Source of the DNA: Chiloscyllium plagiosum
Lineage: Eukaryota
DNA: 37,057 nt
Direction of reading: 5' to 3'
Assembly: GCF_004010195.1 (NCBI RefSeq)
Contig: NC_057757.1
Coordinates: 1,029,206-1,066,262, forward strand
The notes under the pieces are model-generated. The model was not told where the DNA came from. It saw only the letters and a program-made list of their open reading frames with translations, and did no database searches. Below are positions 1-11,560 of the stretch, one piece after another (the first letter of the stretch is position 1; the number at the start of each line of letters is the position of its first letter). A program made the position numbers and the translations under genes.

Positions 1-171
1 CCCCCATTTATCTCTCCACCCTGGAGGCTCCCTGCCTCCATTCCTGATGAAGGGCTTTTGTCCGAAACATCAATTTTCCTGCTCCTCGGATGCTGCCTGA
101 CCTGCTGTGCTTTTCCAGCACCACTCTAATCTAGACTCTGGCTTCCAGCATCTGCAATCCTCACTTTTGCT
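1..171 (+). mobile_element. Penelope-like element (PLE) 3' terminal repeat fragment
   Basis: Contains CTGATGA-AGGGCTTTTGTCC-GAAACATC followed by ...ggatgctgcctgacctgctgtgcttttccagca..., the same terminal sequence seen in reverse at about 28000-28100 and, more diverged, at 9297-9421. Confidence 0.75.
44..71 (+). ncRNA. minimal type I hammerhead ribozyme motif (PLE-associated, probably decayed)
   Basis: CTGATGA at 44-50, stem II GGGC-TTTT-GTCC, GAAA at 64-67, then CATC (CGTC in the 28101 copy). Confidence 0.65.
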
Positions 172-490
172 TAAGGATTACTCCATGTGTAACTGTATAT
201 AGTCATTGTTAATTCAGCACAGTAAGGATTACGCTCTGTGTAACTATACAGGATCGCTGTTAATTCAGCACAGTAAGGATAACGTCCTGTGTAACAATAC
301 AGAATCGCTGTTAATTCAGCACAGTAAGGATTACTCCCTGTGTAACTGTATATAGTCATTGTTAATTCAGCAAAGATTACTCACTGTGTAGCTTTACAAA
401 ATCATTGTTTATTCAGCTGAGTAAAGCCTACACACTATAGCTGTACAGAATCACTATTTGTTCAGCCAGATAAGGATTACTTGTCTATAT
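172..490. repeat. 51-bp minisatellite, about 6 copies, degrading towards the 3' end
   Basis: TAAGGAT anchors at 172, 223, 274 and 325 (period 51); unit approximately taaggattactccctgtgtaactgtatatagtcattgttaattcagcacag. Confidence 0.9.
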
Positions 491-587
491 GATTAGCAAC
501 AGTTTACAGTACTGGATTTAAACTGCTGGAGATAATGAATTGAATGCACTTTGAGAAATAATTTCTCCTGTTTTCCTTTCCCATTAG

Positions 588-731
588 GTCCCATAGCCAG
601 TGCTCTCAGCAATTACTTTGGAGCCCGTTCTGTGGTGATGCTGGGTGGTTTTCTTTCTAGCTTGGGGCTGGTATTAGCTTGTTTAGCTACAAACCTGATT
701 CATCTTTACCTGTCGATCGGACTTCTCTCAG
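588..731 (+). CDS. SLC16A13: SLC16A13-like monocarboxylate transporter gene A, coding exon 2 (144 bp)
   Basis: Polypyrimidine tract and AG at 586-587, donor GTGAGG at 732. Translation [48 protein letters not shown] resembles MCT13 TM2-4. Same length and phase as gene B exon 2. Confidence 0.9.
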
Positions 732-790
732 GTGAGGCAGGAAATGGCTGAAGATTTCTAACTGGAAAGTGTTCACATAACAGCAAAGAA

Positions 791-1045
791 AGAGTCATAC
801 AGCATGGAAACAGACCCTTCGGTCCATCTCGTCCATGCTGACCAAGTCTGCCAAAGTAAACTAAACACACCGTCTGTGAGAAAAGGTTGACCCCTAGGTC
901 TCTTATAAATCTTTCTCCTCTCACCTTAAACCTATGGCCTCTAGTTTTGGACTCGCCTACGTTGGGGAAAAGACCTTGACTATACTCTCTATCCATGCCC
1001 CTCATGATTTTATAAACCTCTGTAAGGTCACCCCTCAGCCCTTGA
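791..1045 (-). mobile_element. CR1/HER1-like LINE 3' fragment
   Basis: Minus-strand translation LRGDLTEVYKIMRGMDR...KTRGHRFKVRGERF is a typical CR1 ORF2 C-terminus; tail ...ctgtatgactct. Confidence 0.85.
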
Positions 1046-1734
1046 CACTCCATACTCCACAATTGGCAACAGATGATGTGTGGTTAGGTGCTAGGCCACT
1101 GAACATCATTCTGCTCAGGAGGAAGAACGTCACCTGGTGAGGCACAAAACTGTCTGGCTTTCTAGAATTTGTAGTATACGAGGAGGCCATTCGGCTCGTC
1201 CCACCTTGTGCAAGCTCTTCGCATGGAGCCGTTTCCTTCAGTTCAATTTCCTGAAAACGTTCTGGTGTGGGCTGGGCACTGAGGCTGCAGTCGTTTTCCC
1301 CTGTCTTCGGTGGCTCCACATAAAGACGTGATTTGCTTTATTTGAGGGATTCTAATGACACTGACAGGCTGATAACTATTGGTCGTTCCTGAGTAGATAA
1401 GGATGTCAAAAGGTAGGTACCCAAGTCTCTGACCTGTGTGACTGTGCAGTGCTTCAAACAAGTCGGGCATGACAGAAGAAAATCGTGGACAACTATATAG
1501 TGCAGGACAGGAGACCCAAGTCGACTAGATTGAAGGGGGGAAAGCATGACAGCTTTGCTTCCTTGAGGGGTATTACTGAAGCTAAATGCTCATTTTACTC
1601 ATGCCTGCCTTTTATTTCCCTATTTGATAAACTGAAATTACATTCTCAGAACTGTAATGGAGGCAAATTTGAACTCCTTAGGAGTCTATGATTAGCAGCA
1701 TTAACATAAGCACTACACAGCCATGTCTTTCAAT

Positions 1735-3445
1735 CATAGTTCTGTTGTACAGCCAGAAACAGAGCCTTCAGTCCAACCAGTCCATGTCAACCATAATCCC
1801 AAACTAAACTAGTCCCACCTGCCTCCACCAAACCCTATACCTTCAAATATTTCTTAGTGATCGACTTATCTAAATGTCTTTTAAACGTTGTAACTGTACC
1901 CGCAACCATCACTTCCTCTGGAAGTTCATTCCACACACCAACCACCGACTGTGTAAAAAAAAAAAACTTTCCCCCTTGTCTTTTTGAAATCCTCCCCCTC
2001 TCACCTTAAACATATGCCACCAATCTTGAAATTCCCCACCCTAGGGAAAAGACACCTGCCTTTCACCTTATCCATGCCCTTCATGATTTTAAAAACCTTT
2101 AGAAGGTTACCCCTCAACCTCCTATGCTCCACTGAGAAAAGTCTGAGCCTTCCCAGTATATTTTTAAAACTCAAACCCTCCATTCCCACCAACATCTTGG
2201 TAAATCTCTTCTGAACCCTCTCCTGCTTAATATTCTTCCTATGAATACATAGAGTCATAGAGATGTACAGCACAGAAGCAGACCTTTTGGTCCAACCTAT
2301 CCATGCTGACCAGATATCCCAACCCAGTCTAGTCTCTCCTGCCAGCACCCGGCCCATATCCCTCCAAACCCTTCCTATTCATATATCCATCCAGACGTCT
2401 TTTAAATGTTGCAATTGTACCAGCCTCCACCACTTCATCTAGCTTATATAATGTAAAAATATATATATGTAGTATCTATAACCCCCATTGTAATCACAGG
2501 AACGTGAATCAAAGTCAACTAACTGCAACTACATTTATATAGTTCCCAGAGTGTGGTCAAGTGTCATGAGGTGCTTTGCAAGAGGTTGATTTGGGGAAAA
2601 ATTGACACCAAACCACACAAGCAGTTGTTAGACGATGTATAGCCTGTGTGATCCTCTGATTAAAAGTATGGTCCAAGAAATAGGGTTTTACAAAGCATTT
2701 CGAGTCATAGAGATATACAGCACAGAAACAGACACTTTGTTCCAATCCGTCCATGCCGACCAGATTTCCCAACCCAATCTAATCCCACCTGCCAGCACCT
2801 GGCCCATATCCCTCAACCCTTTCAATTCATATACCCATCCAAATGCCTCTTAAATGTTGCAATTGTACCAGCCTCCACCACTTCCTTTAGCAGATCATTC
2901 CGTACCTGTACCACCCTGTGTGTGAAAACTTTGCCCCTTAGGTCTCTTTTTTATATCTTTCCCCTCACCCTAAACCTATGCCCTCCAGTTCTGGACTCCC
3001 CGACCCCAGGGGAAAAAACTTTGTCTACTTATCCTATCCATGCCCCTCATGATTTTGTGATACCAAAATGGCATTTAGTCCATCTGTTCCACATGAGCTT
3101 CATTCTGCCCTAACAGCACATTCCTGTTTGTTTCTCCATTGTGTATCCGGCTTTTCCCTCTTTCAATGTACTATCAATATTCACTGCAATCACTTCTTGT
3201 GGTAGCGGTTCCATCACTGTCTGGATAAAAAACATTTTCCTGCATTCCCTTTTGGATTTGTTAGTGACAGACTGTTCCATTGATACCCCTACAATTGGAA
3301 ACACCTTTGCAATGTTTACTGTTTCAAACCTTTTCGCAATTGTAATGTTTTCCATCAGGCCACCCTCAACCACTTCTTTTCTAGAGAAAAAAAAGAGTCT
3401 CAGCCACTTCAGATAGTTATAACCTTCCAGTTCCGGACATCATCT
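1735..3445 (-). mobile_element. cluster of truncated CR1-like LINE 3' ends (about 1735-2242, 2247-2440, 2701-3057, older copy 3062-3445)
   Basis: ERVQKRFTKMLVGMEGLS...RRLRGNLLKVFKIMKGMDKV motif; the agagtcatagagatgtacagcac tail recurs. Confidence 0.85.
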
Positions 3446-5839
3446 GACCACAAAAACAGCCAATATTTTGTGACAATTTTTAAACTACAGATGTGGTACC
3501 ATAGCAGAAGTGAGTGGCAGAAAATCTACAATAAATCTTAAAGATTTCAATTCACCCGCTAAATGAACAAAGAAGTACTGCAGGATCCAATGAAAAAGTT
3601 GATGTCTTTGAAACTTTTATTGGCAGCCATTAATGATAATGCTATCACCCTCTCTTATTTTGATTCTATAGGCTAACTCTCCAAGATGCCTGTAGTAAAT
3701 TAAGTCTGAGTTGTGTTTCCCATTTCACTGATCTGCCTTCGTCCTCCTGAACCCCATCACTGTTCTGTGTTTACTGCATTGCCAAGGCTGATATGAAACT
3801 TTCAAATTATACCCTGTATATCCAAGGCCTGGTTATTATAAAGAGCAGCAGCCCCAAACTTTTCTTTTTATTCATGGGACATGGACGTCACTATGGCCGG
3901 CATTTCTTGGCCGTCCCTAATTGCCCTTGAGAAGGTGGGGGTGAGCTGGCTTCATGAATCGCTGCCGTGTGTTGTAGGTAGACCCACAGTGCCCTTCCTT
4001 TCCTAGACTGTAAAATGACTCCTCACCACTAAGCTCTGTCCCTTGGATAGCTTTGCATCCTTAATGGCAGTGCTCCTTTATCCAAATGGAATTTAGTTTT
4101 GATAACCAGTCTATGATGTGGGCATTAGTTAAATGGAGATTGAAGCTCTGTGCCCATCACTTGTGCTCTCCTTAAGAAACCTGCCACTTCATCAAATGTT
4201 TCGATCAAATTTATTTTCCTATTAAAAACAAAACAGTGATAACCATCATTGATTAACTCCTCCTTATCCAGGTGAAAATTAATTGCTGTCTACAGCTTTC
4301 CCACCACTGGCATTAGGCCGATCGGCCTTTTAATGCCTGGCTTGTCATTCGACCTGAAGCTATGGGTGGCATGGCCTTCACTTCTGAGTAGCTAAAGCAG
4401 GGGTTTGTGCTCTGTTACTATTACAAATTTGCATCCATAAAGCTATTGGTGGAACCTTTTCGCACTAAAGGTACCCCATACCTCCCTCCTCTACCTGGGC
4501 CTATTTCTGCCCAGATTCTGCCAAAATCTGGGGCAAGTATGCTATTGGGTGTTCCTCTCCATTGGGCCATCTGTGAGTCAGCACTACCCTGATGCCACAT
4601 GGGGAGTACTACCTGTCAGCATGGTTTACCGTTGCCTCATTATACACAACGGTGTGACATCTACATCCTTCCTGTCCTCTGGTACTACTCCAGTATTCAA
4701 GGAGAATTGAAAGATTGTGGCTCAAATGTCTGGAAATTTCACCCTTTTTCTCAAACTCTCAACATGTATAAATACATTGTATAATAATTTGAACTTGACA
4801 TTGCAAAAAATGCAAAGGAGGTTAGTTTGTTTCAATATTGTACATGAGGAGTCTCGCTGCACTTGGCATTAGAGGTTATATTTCTGACACGTTTACATTT
4901 CATGCAAGTCGTTCTCTGGTGCTTACACAGTTTGCTGCCTTTCGCTGTGCAGTGATAGGAGGGCCTTAGACTGACACCTTTCTCCGTTGCGCCCGTGTGG
5001 TGGCCACTGAGCCGAACTTGACAGCGTTCCTCGTGTGTAATCCTGGGGCCTTACATTATTCGGCCGTTGATGGTTCTTTGCAATGGCGGAGCAGCAAGTC
5101 AAAGAATCTCTTTCACTAAGTTGGTGGTCCTCCAGCAGAAGTTGTATGCCCCCTGGGAATGTCCCATAGAGCACAGAACCCGACGTCACGGAGATGCCTG
5201 TGTCCAACCTCAACAAAAACTTCCTCCTTCTGGACTGACTTGCCTCCTGCAGCGACCTACTGTATATTCCATCCTGACTTGAGGATTTTCTTATTTTTGA
5301 ACACCTAATAAGTGACTATTCTTTATCCACCTCAATCCTATCCAGTTTCTCCACTACCTCCCACTTGGCTGTGTTGTGCACAGCATCCTGCTTCACAGAA
5401 GGAAGTCCAAAGTTTATACTTAGTGCCATGATTTCTGTCTTTACACATGACTACCCTTTTACTCTTTACATGTTCCTCATAAAAGACATAATGTTCATGC
5501 TTTATTGCACCTGCTAAGCTTTGCTGAGAAATTCTCTTTGCCTGGCTTACTTCCTGTTTCAGGGTTTCAGTTCTCCTCTACTTTCTTTCTTTACATGTCA
5601 TTCACAACCTCAGGATGTCTCAGGTTTCTTTGCAGGAGTCAGAATGTCTTAACCAATACGTGTCAGCAAAATAGCAATAGTCATTTATTTGTTTGTTACG
5701 TTAATGACATCTGTGAGTCTTGCCTGCCCTGATGTGTGTGTGTGGAGCCACATGTAAACCAATGTGGTTTGACTTGTCTCCCCTTTGGGATGATCAACAC
5801 TCATTTAAAATGGGTAACAAATGTTGGCAATGAAAGAAA

Positions 5840-6322
5840 GGAGCCATCTGGGTGGATGGATCTTCTGTCTGATAGCTTCACTTTGAAAGATGGCATATCT
5901 AACAGTGCGGTGCTTTCCTAATTTCTAACCCTCCGATAGTGCGGCACTCCCTCAGCACTGAGCCTCCAACAGTGCCCACTCCCTCAGGACTGAACTTCCA
6001 ACAGTGCCCACTGCCTCAGCACTAAACCTCCTGCACTGCAGCATTCCCTCAGTGCTGACCGTCCGACAGTGAGGCACTCCCTCAACACTGAGCATTGAAC
6101 AGTGCCCGCTAACTCGGCACTGAGCCTCCAACAGTGCCCACTCCCTCAGCACTAAACCTCCGGCACTGCAGAACTCCCTCAGCGCTGACCCCCGGACAGT
6201 GTGGCACTCCCCCAGCGCCGGCCCCCGGACAGCGCGGCGCTCCCCCAGCGCTGGCCCCCGGACAGCGCGGCGCTCCCTCAGCCTTCTGGCTGAGAATCCT
6301 ACCAACCTGGGTCACAGTTGAC
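5840..6322. repeat. 32-33-bp minisatellite (12 units, 130-bp higher-order period) embedded in a DeuSINE-like remnant
   Basis: Unit starts at 5903, 5937, 5970, 6002, 6034, 6067, 6100, 6132, 6164, 6197, 6230 and 6263; unit approximately cagtgcggcactccctcagcactgaccctccga. Confidence 0.85.
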
Positions 6323-6559
6323 CACCCTCTCTGTCAGCCTCTATCTGTGTAAGGGAGAGCTGTGTTGAATTGTGACATGCTGTGTTTGGGATGGGAGATT
6401 GTGTGTTTAGTTGTTCAGCCACTCCACAGTTTGTTAGAGCTGTAATGGAGAGACCTTCTGTTGTGGTTAAACTTTGCCCTCTTGTGTTCTATTCTTTGTA
6501 AACTTAAGACTACCTGAATTCTACTGCCTGGGAACTTCACTCACTGCAAGCCCTGCTCC

Positions 6560-6850
6560 CCTATTTTCCCAGTGGTTGCTAATCTACATTGCAACTTCTC
6601 ACCCATTATTTTCAAATGCGTTCATAGCCTCAACTCCCTTCCACAGTTAGCTCTCCAAAGCTCACAACTCCCTGAGATCTCTGCACTTCTCGAACTCAGG
6701 GCCCTTGATGATTGCTGTCGCTCCCGCTTTGGCGGCCCTGCTTTCAATTGCTGGCCCCAAATTCTGGAAATTCTTCCCTTAACCTATGCCTCTCCACATC
6801 ATGCTCTTCCTTTAATACAATCCTTATAACCTATCTCATGATTTGACTGT
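6560..6850 (+). mobile_element. old L2-like LINE 3' fragment
   Basis: ...cgctttggcggccctgctttcaattgctggccccaaattctggaaattcttccct... resembles a decayed L2 ORF2 end (G-R-AFS..AP.LWN.LP). Confidence 0.5.
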
Positions 6851-6856
6851 TGCTTA

Positions 6857-7105
6857 TGGAGTCATAGCGTCATACAGCACGGACACATGCCCTTCAGTCC
6901 AACCTGTCCATGCCAACCGAGATGTACAAGGATGTTACCAAGACTGGAAGGTTTGAATTAATAGGCTGGGACTTTCTTCCCCTGATGCATACGATACTGA
7001 GGGATGACTTTATAGAGGTTTATAAAATCATGAGGGGCATGGATAAGGTGAATAGCAAAGGGTGGGAGAGTCTGTAACTAGAGAGCGAAGGTTTAAGGTG
7101 AGACC
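6857..7105. mobile_element. CR1-like fragment with internal inversion (3' tail on -, ORF2 piece on +)
   Basis: 6857-6925 is the reverse tail gagtcatagcgtcatacagcac; 6926-7105 is sense acaaggatgttacc...atagaggtttataaaatcatgagggg. Confidence 0.75.
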
Positions 7106-7265
7106 TGACTTAACATCCTTCTGTGGGCTCTTGTTATACATTATTTTATAATGCACCTGTGAAGCACTTTGGGTTATTCCACTGCTTTGAAATTGTTATA
7201 TAATGATAAGTGGTTGGTATTTAGCTGTCCGTATGTAAACATTGTGTTCTCCTGTTATCTGGCAG

Positions 7266-8051
7266 GCTTTGGCTGGGCACTCGTCTTCACCCCATCCGTT
7301 GCCGCTGTTAGTCGATATTTTAACAAGAGGCGGACTCTGGCAATGGGGATGGCTTTCACTGGAGTTGGCATTGGCTCCTTTGTCTTCTCCCCACTCTTCC
7401 AGTACCTAATTGATGAGTACATGTGGCAGGGGGCACTGCTGATCATTGCGGGCATGATGCTCAACCTCATGGTGTGTGGTGCGTTGATCAGACCCCTGAC
7501 CCTGAAGGAAGACCTGGTTCGTGCAATGGCTCCAGGAGAGGACTCATTATGTTGTCAAGGTGCCAGGAATGTGATCTTCGACCTGCTGGACCTGAGCCTG
7601 CTCCGACACTGGCCCTTCCTGACCTTGGTGCTGTCTGTCACCTTGATAAATGCTGGCTATTTTGTGCCTTATGTCCACTTTGTGGCCCACGCTCAGTCCA
7701 TTGGCTTTGATGAGTACCAGGCCGCATTCCTGATGTCAGTGGCAGGAGTGATGGACCTGATTGGTCGGCTGCTCTCCGGCTGGTTCTCTGACTTACGCAA
7801 GCTGCGCCTGGTTCACATCCTGATCCTGTGGACCATGCTGACAGGACTGAGCTTGCTTGCCATCCCCTTGGGTCGCACCTACCCTGTGCTGATGTTGATT
7901 GGCATGGCCTACGGGTTCTGCGCTGGGGCCTTGACACCTGTGGTGTTCTCCTTACTGCCTGAGATAGTCGGGATTGGGAGGATTTACGGAGCGTTGGGCC
8001 TGCTGCAGATGTTGGAGAGTGTAGGGGGACTGCTGGGAGCACCAATATCAG
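7266..8051 (+). CDS. SLC16A13: SLC16A13-like gene A, coding exon 3 (786 bp)
   Basis: AG at 7264-7265, donor GTAAAG at 8052. Contains GFGWALVFTPSVAAVSRYFNKRRTLAMG (MCT signature YFxKRR), GYFVPYVH, the TM8 motif DLIGR and LLGAPISG. Confidence 0.95.
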
Positions 8052-8438
8052 GTAAAGAAAGCACTCTTTATTCTGAATTTTGCATTCTGGACACCTGGGT
8101 GTAGAAACATTGATCTCTATGACTCTATGTTAAGGTTCTAGTACTAATGTTGGTAGTTAGGGTACAGATCAGTCATGATGTAATTGCGTGGCACAACAAC
8201 CTTGAGTGAATGAATGGCCTCTCCCTGTAGCTATAAGAAGGATGATCCTTTAGTTCCAGGTGAATCTTTCTCTTGAGGTGCAGTACTCAGAACTGAACAC
8301 ACTGACTCCAGATGGAATCTGACCAAGGTTCACTACCACTGAAGCATCACTTCTTCCTCCCAGCTTTGAGATAAAGATTAACTTTACATTAGCAGCTTTA
8401 ATTGCTTTTTGCAGCTGATCACTTTCTCAAAACGGTTT

Positions 8439-9003
8439 TGAGTCTTAGAGCTGTACAGCACGGAAACAGACCCTTTGGTCCAACTCGACAATGCCGACCA
8501 GATATTCTGAATTAACCTAGTCCCATTTGCCAGCATTTGGCCCATATCCCTATGTACCCTTCGTATACCCATCCAGATGCCTTTTAAATGTTGTAATTGT
8601 ACCAGCCTCCACCATTTCCTCTGGCAGCGCATTCCATACACTTACCACCCTCTGTGTGAAAAAGTTGGTCCTTAGGTCCCTTCAAACTCTTTCCCCTCTC
8701 ACCCTAAACTTATGCTCTCTAGTTCTGGACTGCCCTACTCCAGGGAAAAGACCTTATCTATTTACACTATCCATGCCCCTCATGATTTTATAAACCTCTA
8801 TAAGGTCATCCTCCAACAATCCATGGAAAATAACCTTCACCTATTCAGCCTTTCCCTACAGCTCGAACCCTTTAACCCTGGCAACATCCTTGTAAATCTT
8901 TTCTGAGTCCTTTCAATTTTAATAATATCTTCCCTATAGGAGGGAGGCCAGAATTGAATGTAGTATTTCAGAAATGGCCTAACTGATAGTCTGTACAGCT
9001 GCA
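8439..9003 (-). mobile_element. CR1/HER1-like LINE 3' fragment
   Basis: Same family sequence as 1735-3057 and 19288-20280. Confidence 0.85.
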
Positions 9004-9296
9004 GTTTTTTTGTGTGAAAATCTGACAGAACTCTTTGCTTGTCCAGATTCTCATTTTTTCACCACGTTAAAGGCACTGAATGTGCATTTATATAGCGCTG
9101 TTGACAAGGACCTTCCAAAGTGTTTTACAACCAATGTTACACTTTTGAAGAGTAGTTCATGTTTTATGTTTGCAAACATGGTAGCCAATTTGCAAAACCA
9201 TCTCCTACATTCAATAAACCACATTTATGGCAGCAGATTAGGGATTAACATTGGCCAGGACCCCAGGATGATCTCCCTGCGCCTCTTCTAGTAGTT

Positions 9297-9690
9297 AGAG
9301 ACAAAAAAAAACTGCAGATGTTGGAATCCATAGTAAACACGCAGGAGACTGGAAGGACACAGCAAGCCAGGCAGCATCAGGAGGTGGAGAAGTCAACGTT
9401 TCAGGTGTAACCCTTCTTCAGGACTGGGAGTGGGTGTAGGGAGAAGCTGCAGATAAAAGAGGTGGCAGGGGTAGGATGGTGAAGTGGGGATAGGTGCAGA
9501 CAAGTAGAGGGTACGACCTGGTTGGCCAATGGGAGGAATGAATCCTGTTGGTGGAAGGGAGGGGAAGGGGCTGGGCAGGGAGTCGGGGGATGGGGAGGGA
9601 GGTTATTTGAAATTGGAGAACTCTATGTTGAGTCCTCCGGCCTGTAGGTTGCCCAGGTGGAAGATGAGGTGTTGTTCCTCCAATTTGTGA
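9297..9690 (-). mobile_element. Penelope-like element 3' end: ORF C-terminus, 3' UTR and hammerhead
   Basis: 9689-9603 reads HKLEEQHLIFHLGNLQAGGLNIEFSNFK* (PLE GIY-YIG C-terminal ...GLN motif), followed by CTGAAGA...GAAACGTT. Confidence 0.8.
9395..9421 (-). ncRNA. minimal hammerhead ribozyme motif
   Basis: Minus strand reads CTGAAGA AGGGTTACACCT GAAA CGTT. Confidence 0.6.
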
Positions 9691-9945
9691 TGACCATGGG
9701 GTTCCTTTACATCCATCTGAGAGGGAAGATAGGGTGTCATCAGAAATGTGACATGTCTTGACAGTGCAGAATTCCTTCAGTACGGCACTAGGAGTGTCTG
9801 AAGAGCATAAATACTCCAAGATTTTGTTGTAGGATTTGTACTTGTGACTTTCTGACACAAAGGTGAGCCTCTTCAACTCAATATTGACTAGTCTCAGCTA
9901 TTTGCAACAGGCTGACCTAACTTTTTTTCACATTTCTGCTTCTAG

Positions 9946-10220
9946 GCTGGCTGCGCGATGCAACTGGTAACTACACGGCTTCCTTTGTGGTGGCAGGTAC
10001 TTTCCTCCTGCTCAGCAGCCTGGTTCTGATTGGTATTCCTGGTGCCTTGTCCTGTTCCTGTCTCCCGCCTGCCAGGCATTCCCAGACAAAGAACACGAAG
10101 GAGGAGGAGGAAGAGGAGGAATGCAAGTCTATGGCTGACTCAAATGGATCTGGGCTGGAGGCGCAGTGCGTCCCGATTGAGCCCAGCAGTATTGCTTGCA
10201 GAAACACAGTGGTGGCCTGA
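9946..10220 (+). CDS. SLC16A13: SLC16A13-like gene A, last coding exon
   Basis: ttttttcacatttctgcttctAG acceptor at 9944-9945; [28 protein letters not shown]...NTVVA*; phase 1, compatible with exon 3. Confidence 0.92.
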
Positions 10221-11554
10221 ATTAAGAAACGCATTAATGCTGGGAGTGGATGTTGATGTTTAAATTGAGCTGTCTCCAACTCCAAGTGAGATTGGAGTGA
10301 GAATTGACGCCATTCTATCAGCCATTGCAGGCTGGAAGTTGGATGGAATCCATGGCAAACAGAGTCTATTTAAACAGAGCTTCTACAGAGTACAGGAAAT
10401 GGGCTAAAATCCCCGAGGACAAATCCCTCAGCAAAAGGCAGTATGTTGTTGATGGTGACATGATACAAATTTGATGCATAAAATCATTAACTTTACAATG
10501 GTATTGATTAAGGGAGGTACTAGCAAATCATCTCCATTAGACTGGAACTCATTATGCCACAGTAACCTATTAATGCTCACTACCTCTTTAACACTTGCCC
10601 ATTTTCTCCCATTCCACTCCCAATTAGTGATAGCTGTTTGTATAGGCACTGGCTCAGCCTGACTGGCAGAGTTCGCAGTTCAGAACCAAGTCTAGTTGTG
10701 CATTTGTTGATCTTGGCAGAGAATGGGCCAGGCTGTAGTCCTCATCAGTGCCTCTGAGTTGAAAGAATCAACTTCCTGCCTGCTGGAAAGACTGTGTCCA
10801 TATGGTTGATGGTAAGAGCTGGTGTGAAGGTTGCCGTTGTTGAATAGTTCATTAGTGCTTGTTGTTAGCAGGCTCCTGCAGATATAACGCCTGAGGTAGG
10901 TGGCATTGTGAGGAAGGAGCAGAAAGTGGGAAGGCAGAGACGCTTTTATTAGCAGTGTGGAGAGCTGCCAGACTGCAGAGCACTCAACTTGGAGCTTTTA
11001 GAAAGAGCAGTTAAACCACGTCAACCCACCACCACTGTCACTTGGCTCTTGAGACAGTGCCTCCTGTCTTGGGCCCCAAATTATCATATCGAAGACATGA
11101 TAAGTTCTAACTCCCAACTGATATAATCATTGAAATACTATATTAACTAACTCAGGGCAACTGGAATTCAGTCAGACTTCAACTTCTTAGCTTTCTTCAA
11201 CTTAACACACAGACTTGGTGATTGTGTTAACCTGTGAAATGGCATTTGGAGAGCGTGGAACAACTGAAGGTGGGAATCTCCTTATCGGGGACACTGTCAA
11301 AATTGTACTCACTGGCCCTGTTCTCTTTCCCTCTGGACCTACACCGGTTTTATGCCTTCGAACCTGGCAGTCGGGTTTGACTATAACTTGGGTAGGGTTA
11401 TAAGTGGGTGATGTGACTAATTTGAAGGGGAAGGCAGGTGTCTCCTGTTGGCTTTCTCAGTGAGATTTCTCAGGAATCCCCTGCTCCTGAGCGCTACCAA
11501 AAAAACCTGCCTGTTCATTGCTGCATCTCAAATAGAAACTGAGAATGTTCAAAC

Positions 11555-11560
11555 AATAAA
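11555..11560 (+). terminator. candidate polyadenylation signal of gene A
   Basis: First AATAAA I found after the stop codon, followed by T/GT-rich sequence. An alternative AATAAA lies at 16864-16869. Confidence 0.4.

Larger units (their letters stand above)
9080..9895 (-). mobile_element. DeuSINE (SacSINE1/AmnSINE1-like) remnant split by a PLE insertion at about 9297-9690
   Basis: tgcatttatatagcgc...attggccaggacccc...ctcttc | gaccatgggg...catctgagaggg...acagtgcagaattccttcagtac matches my recollection of the Deu domain; similar copies at 21860-22050 and 33520-33860. Confidence 0.6.

Noticed and set aside
171..359. ORF with a 17-aa periodic peptide
   Set aside because: Direct consequence of the 51-bp minisatellite.
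5903..6290. 32-33-bp repeats resembling a CRISPR array, and overlapping repetitive ORFs
   Set aside because: Units are head-to-tail with no unique spacers, there are no cas genes, and the context is a vertebrate intron; the ORFs are by-products of the repeat.
7169..7265. N-terminal extension of the 311-aa ORF (likewise 27154-27238 and the ORF tails past the donors)
   Set aside because: Intronic read-through; similarity between the paralogs starts and stops at the AG/GT sites.
7638..8045. 135-aa antisense ORF and other ORFs overlapping exon 3
   Set aside because: Shadow frames of a GC-rich coding exon with no recognisable motifs.
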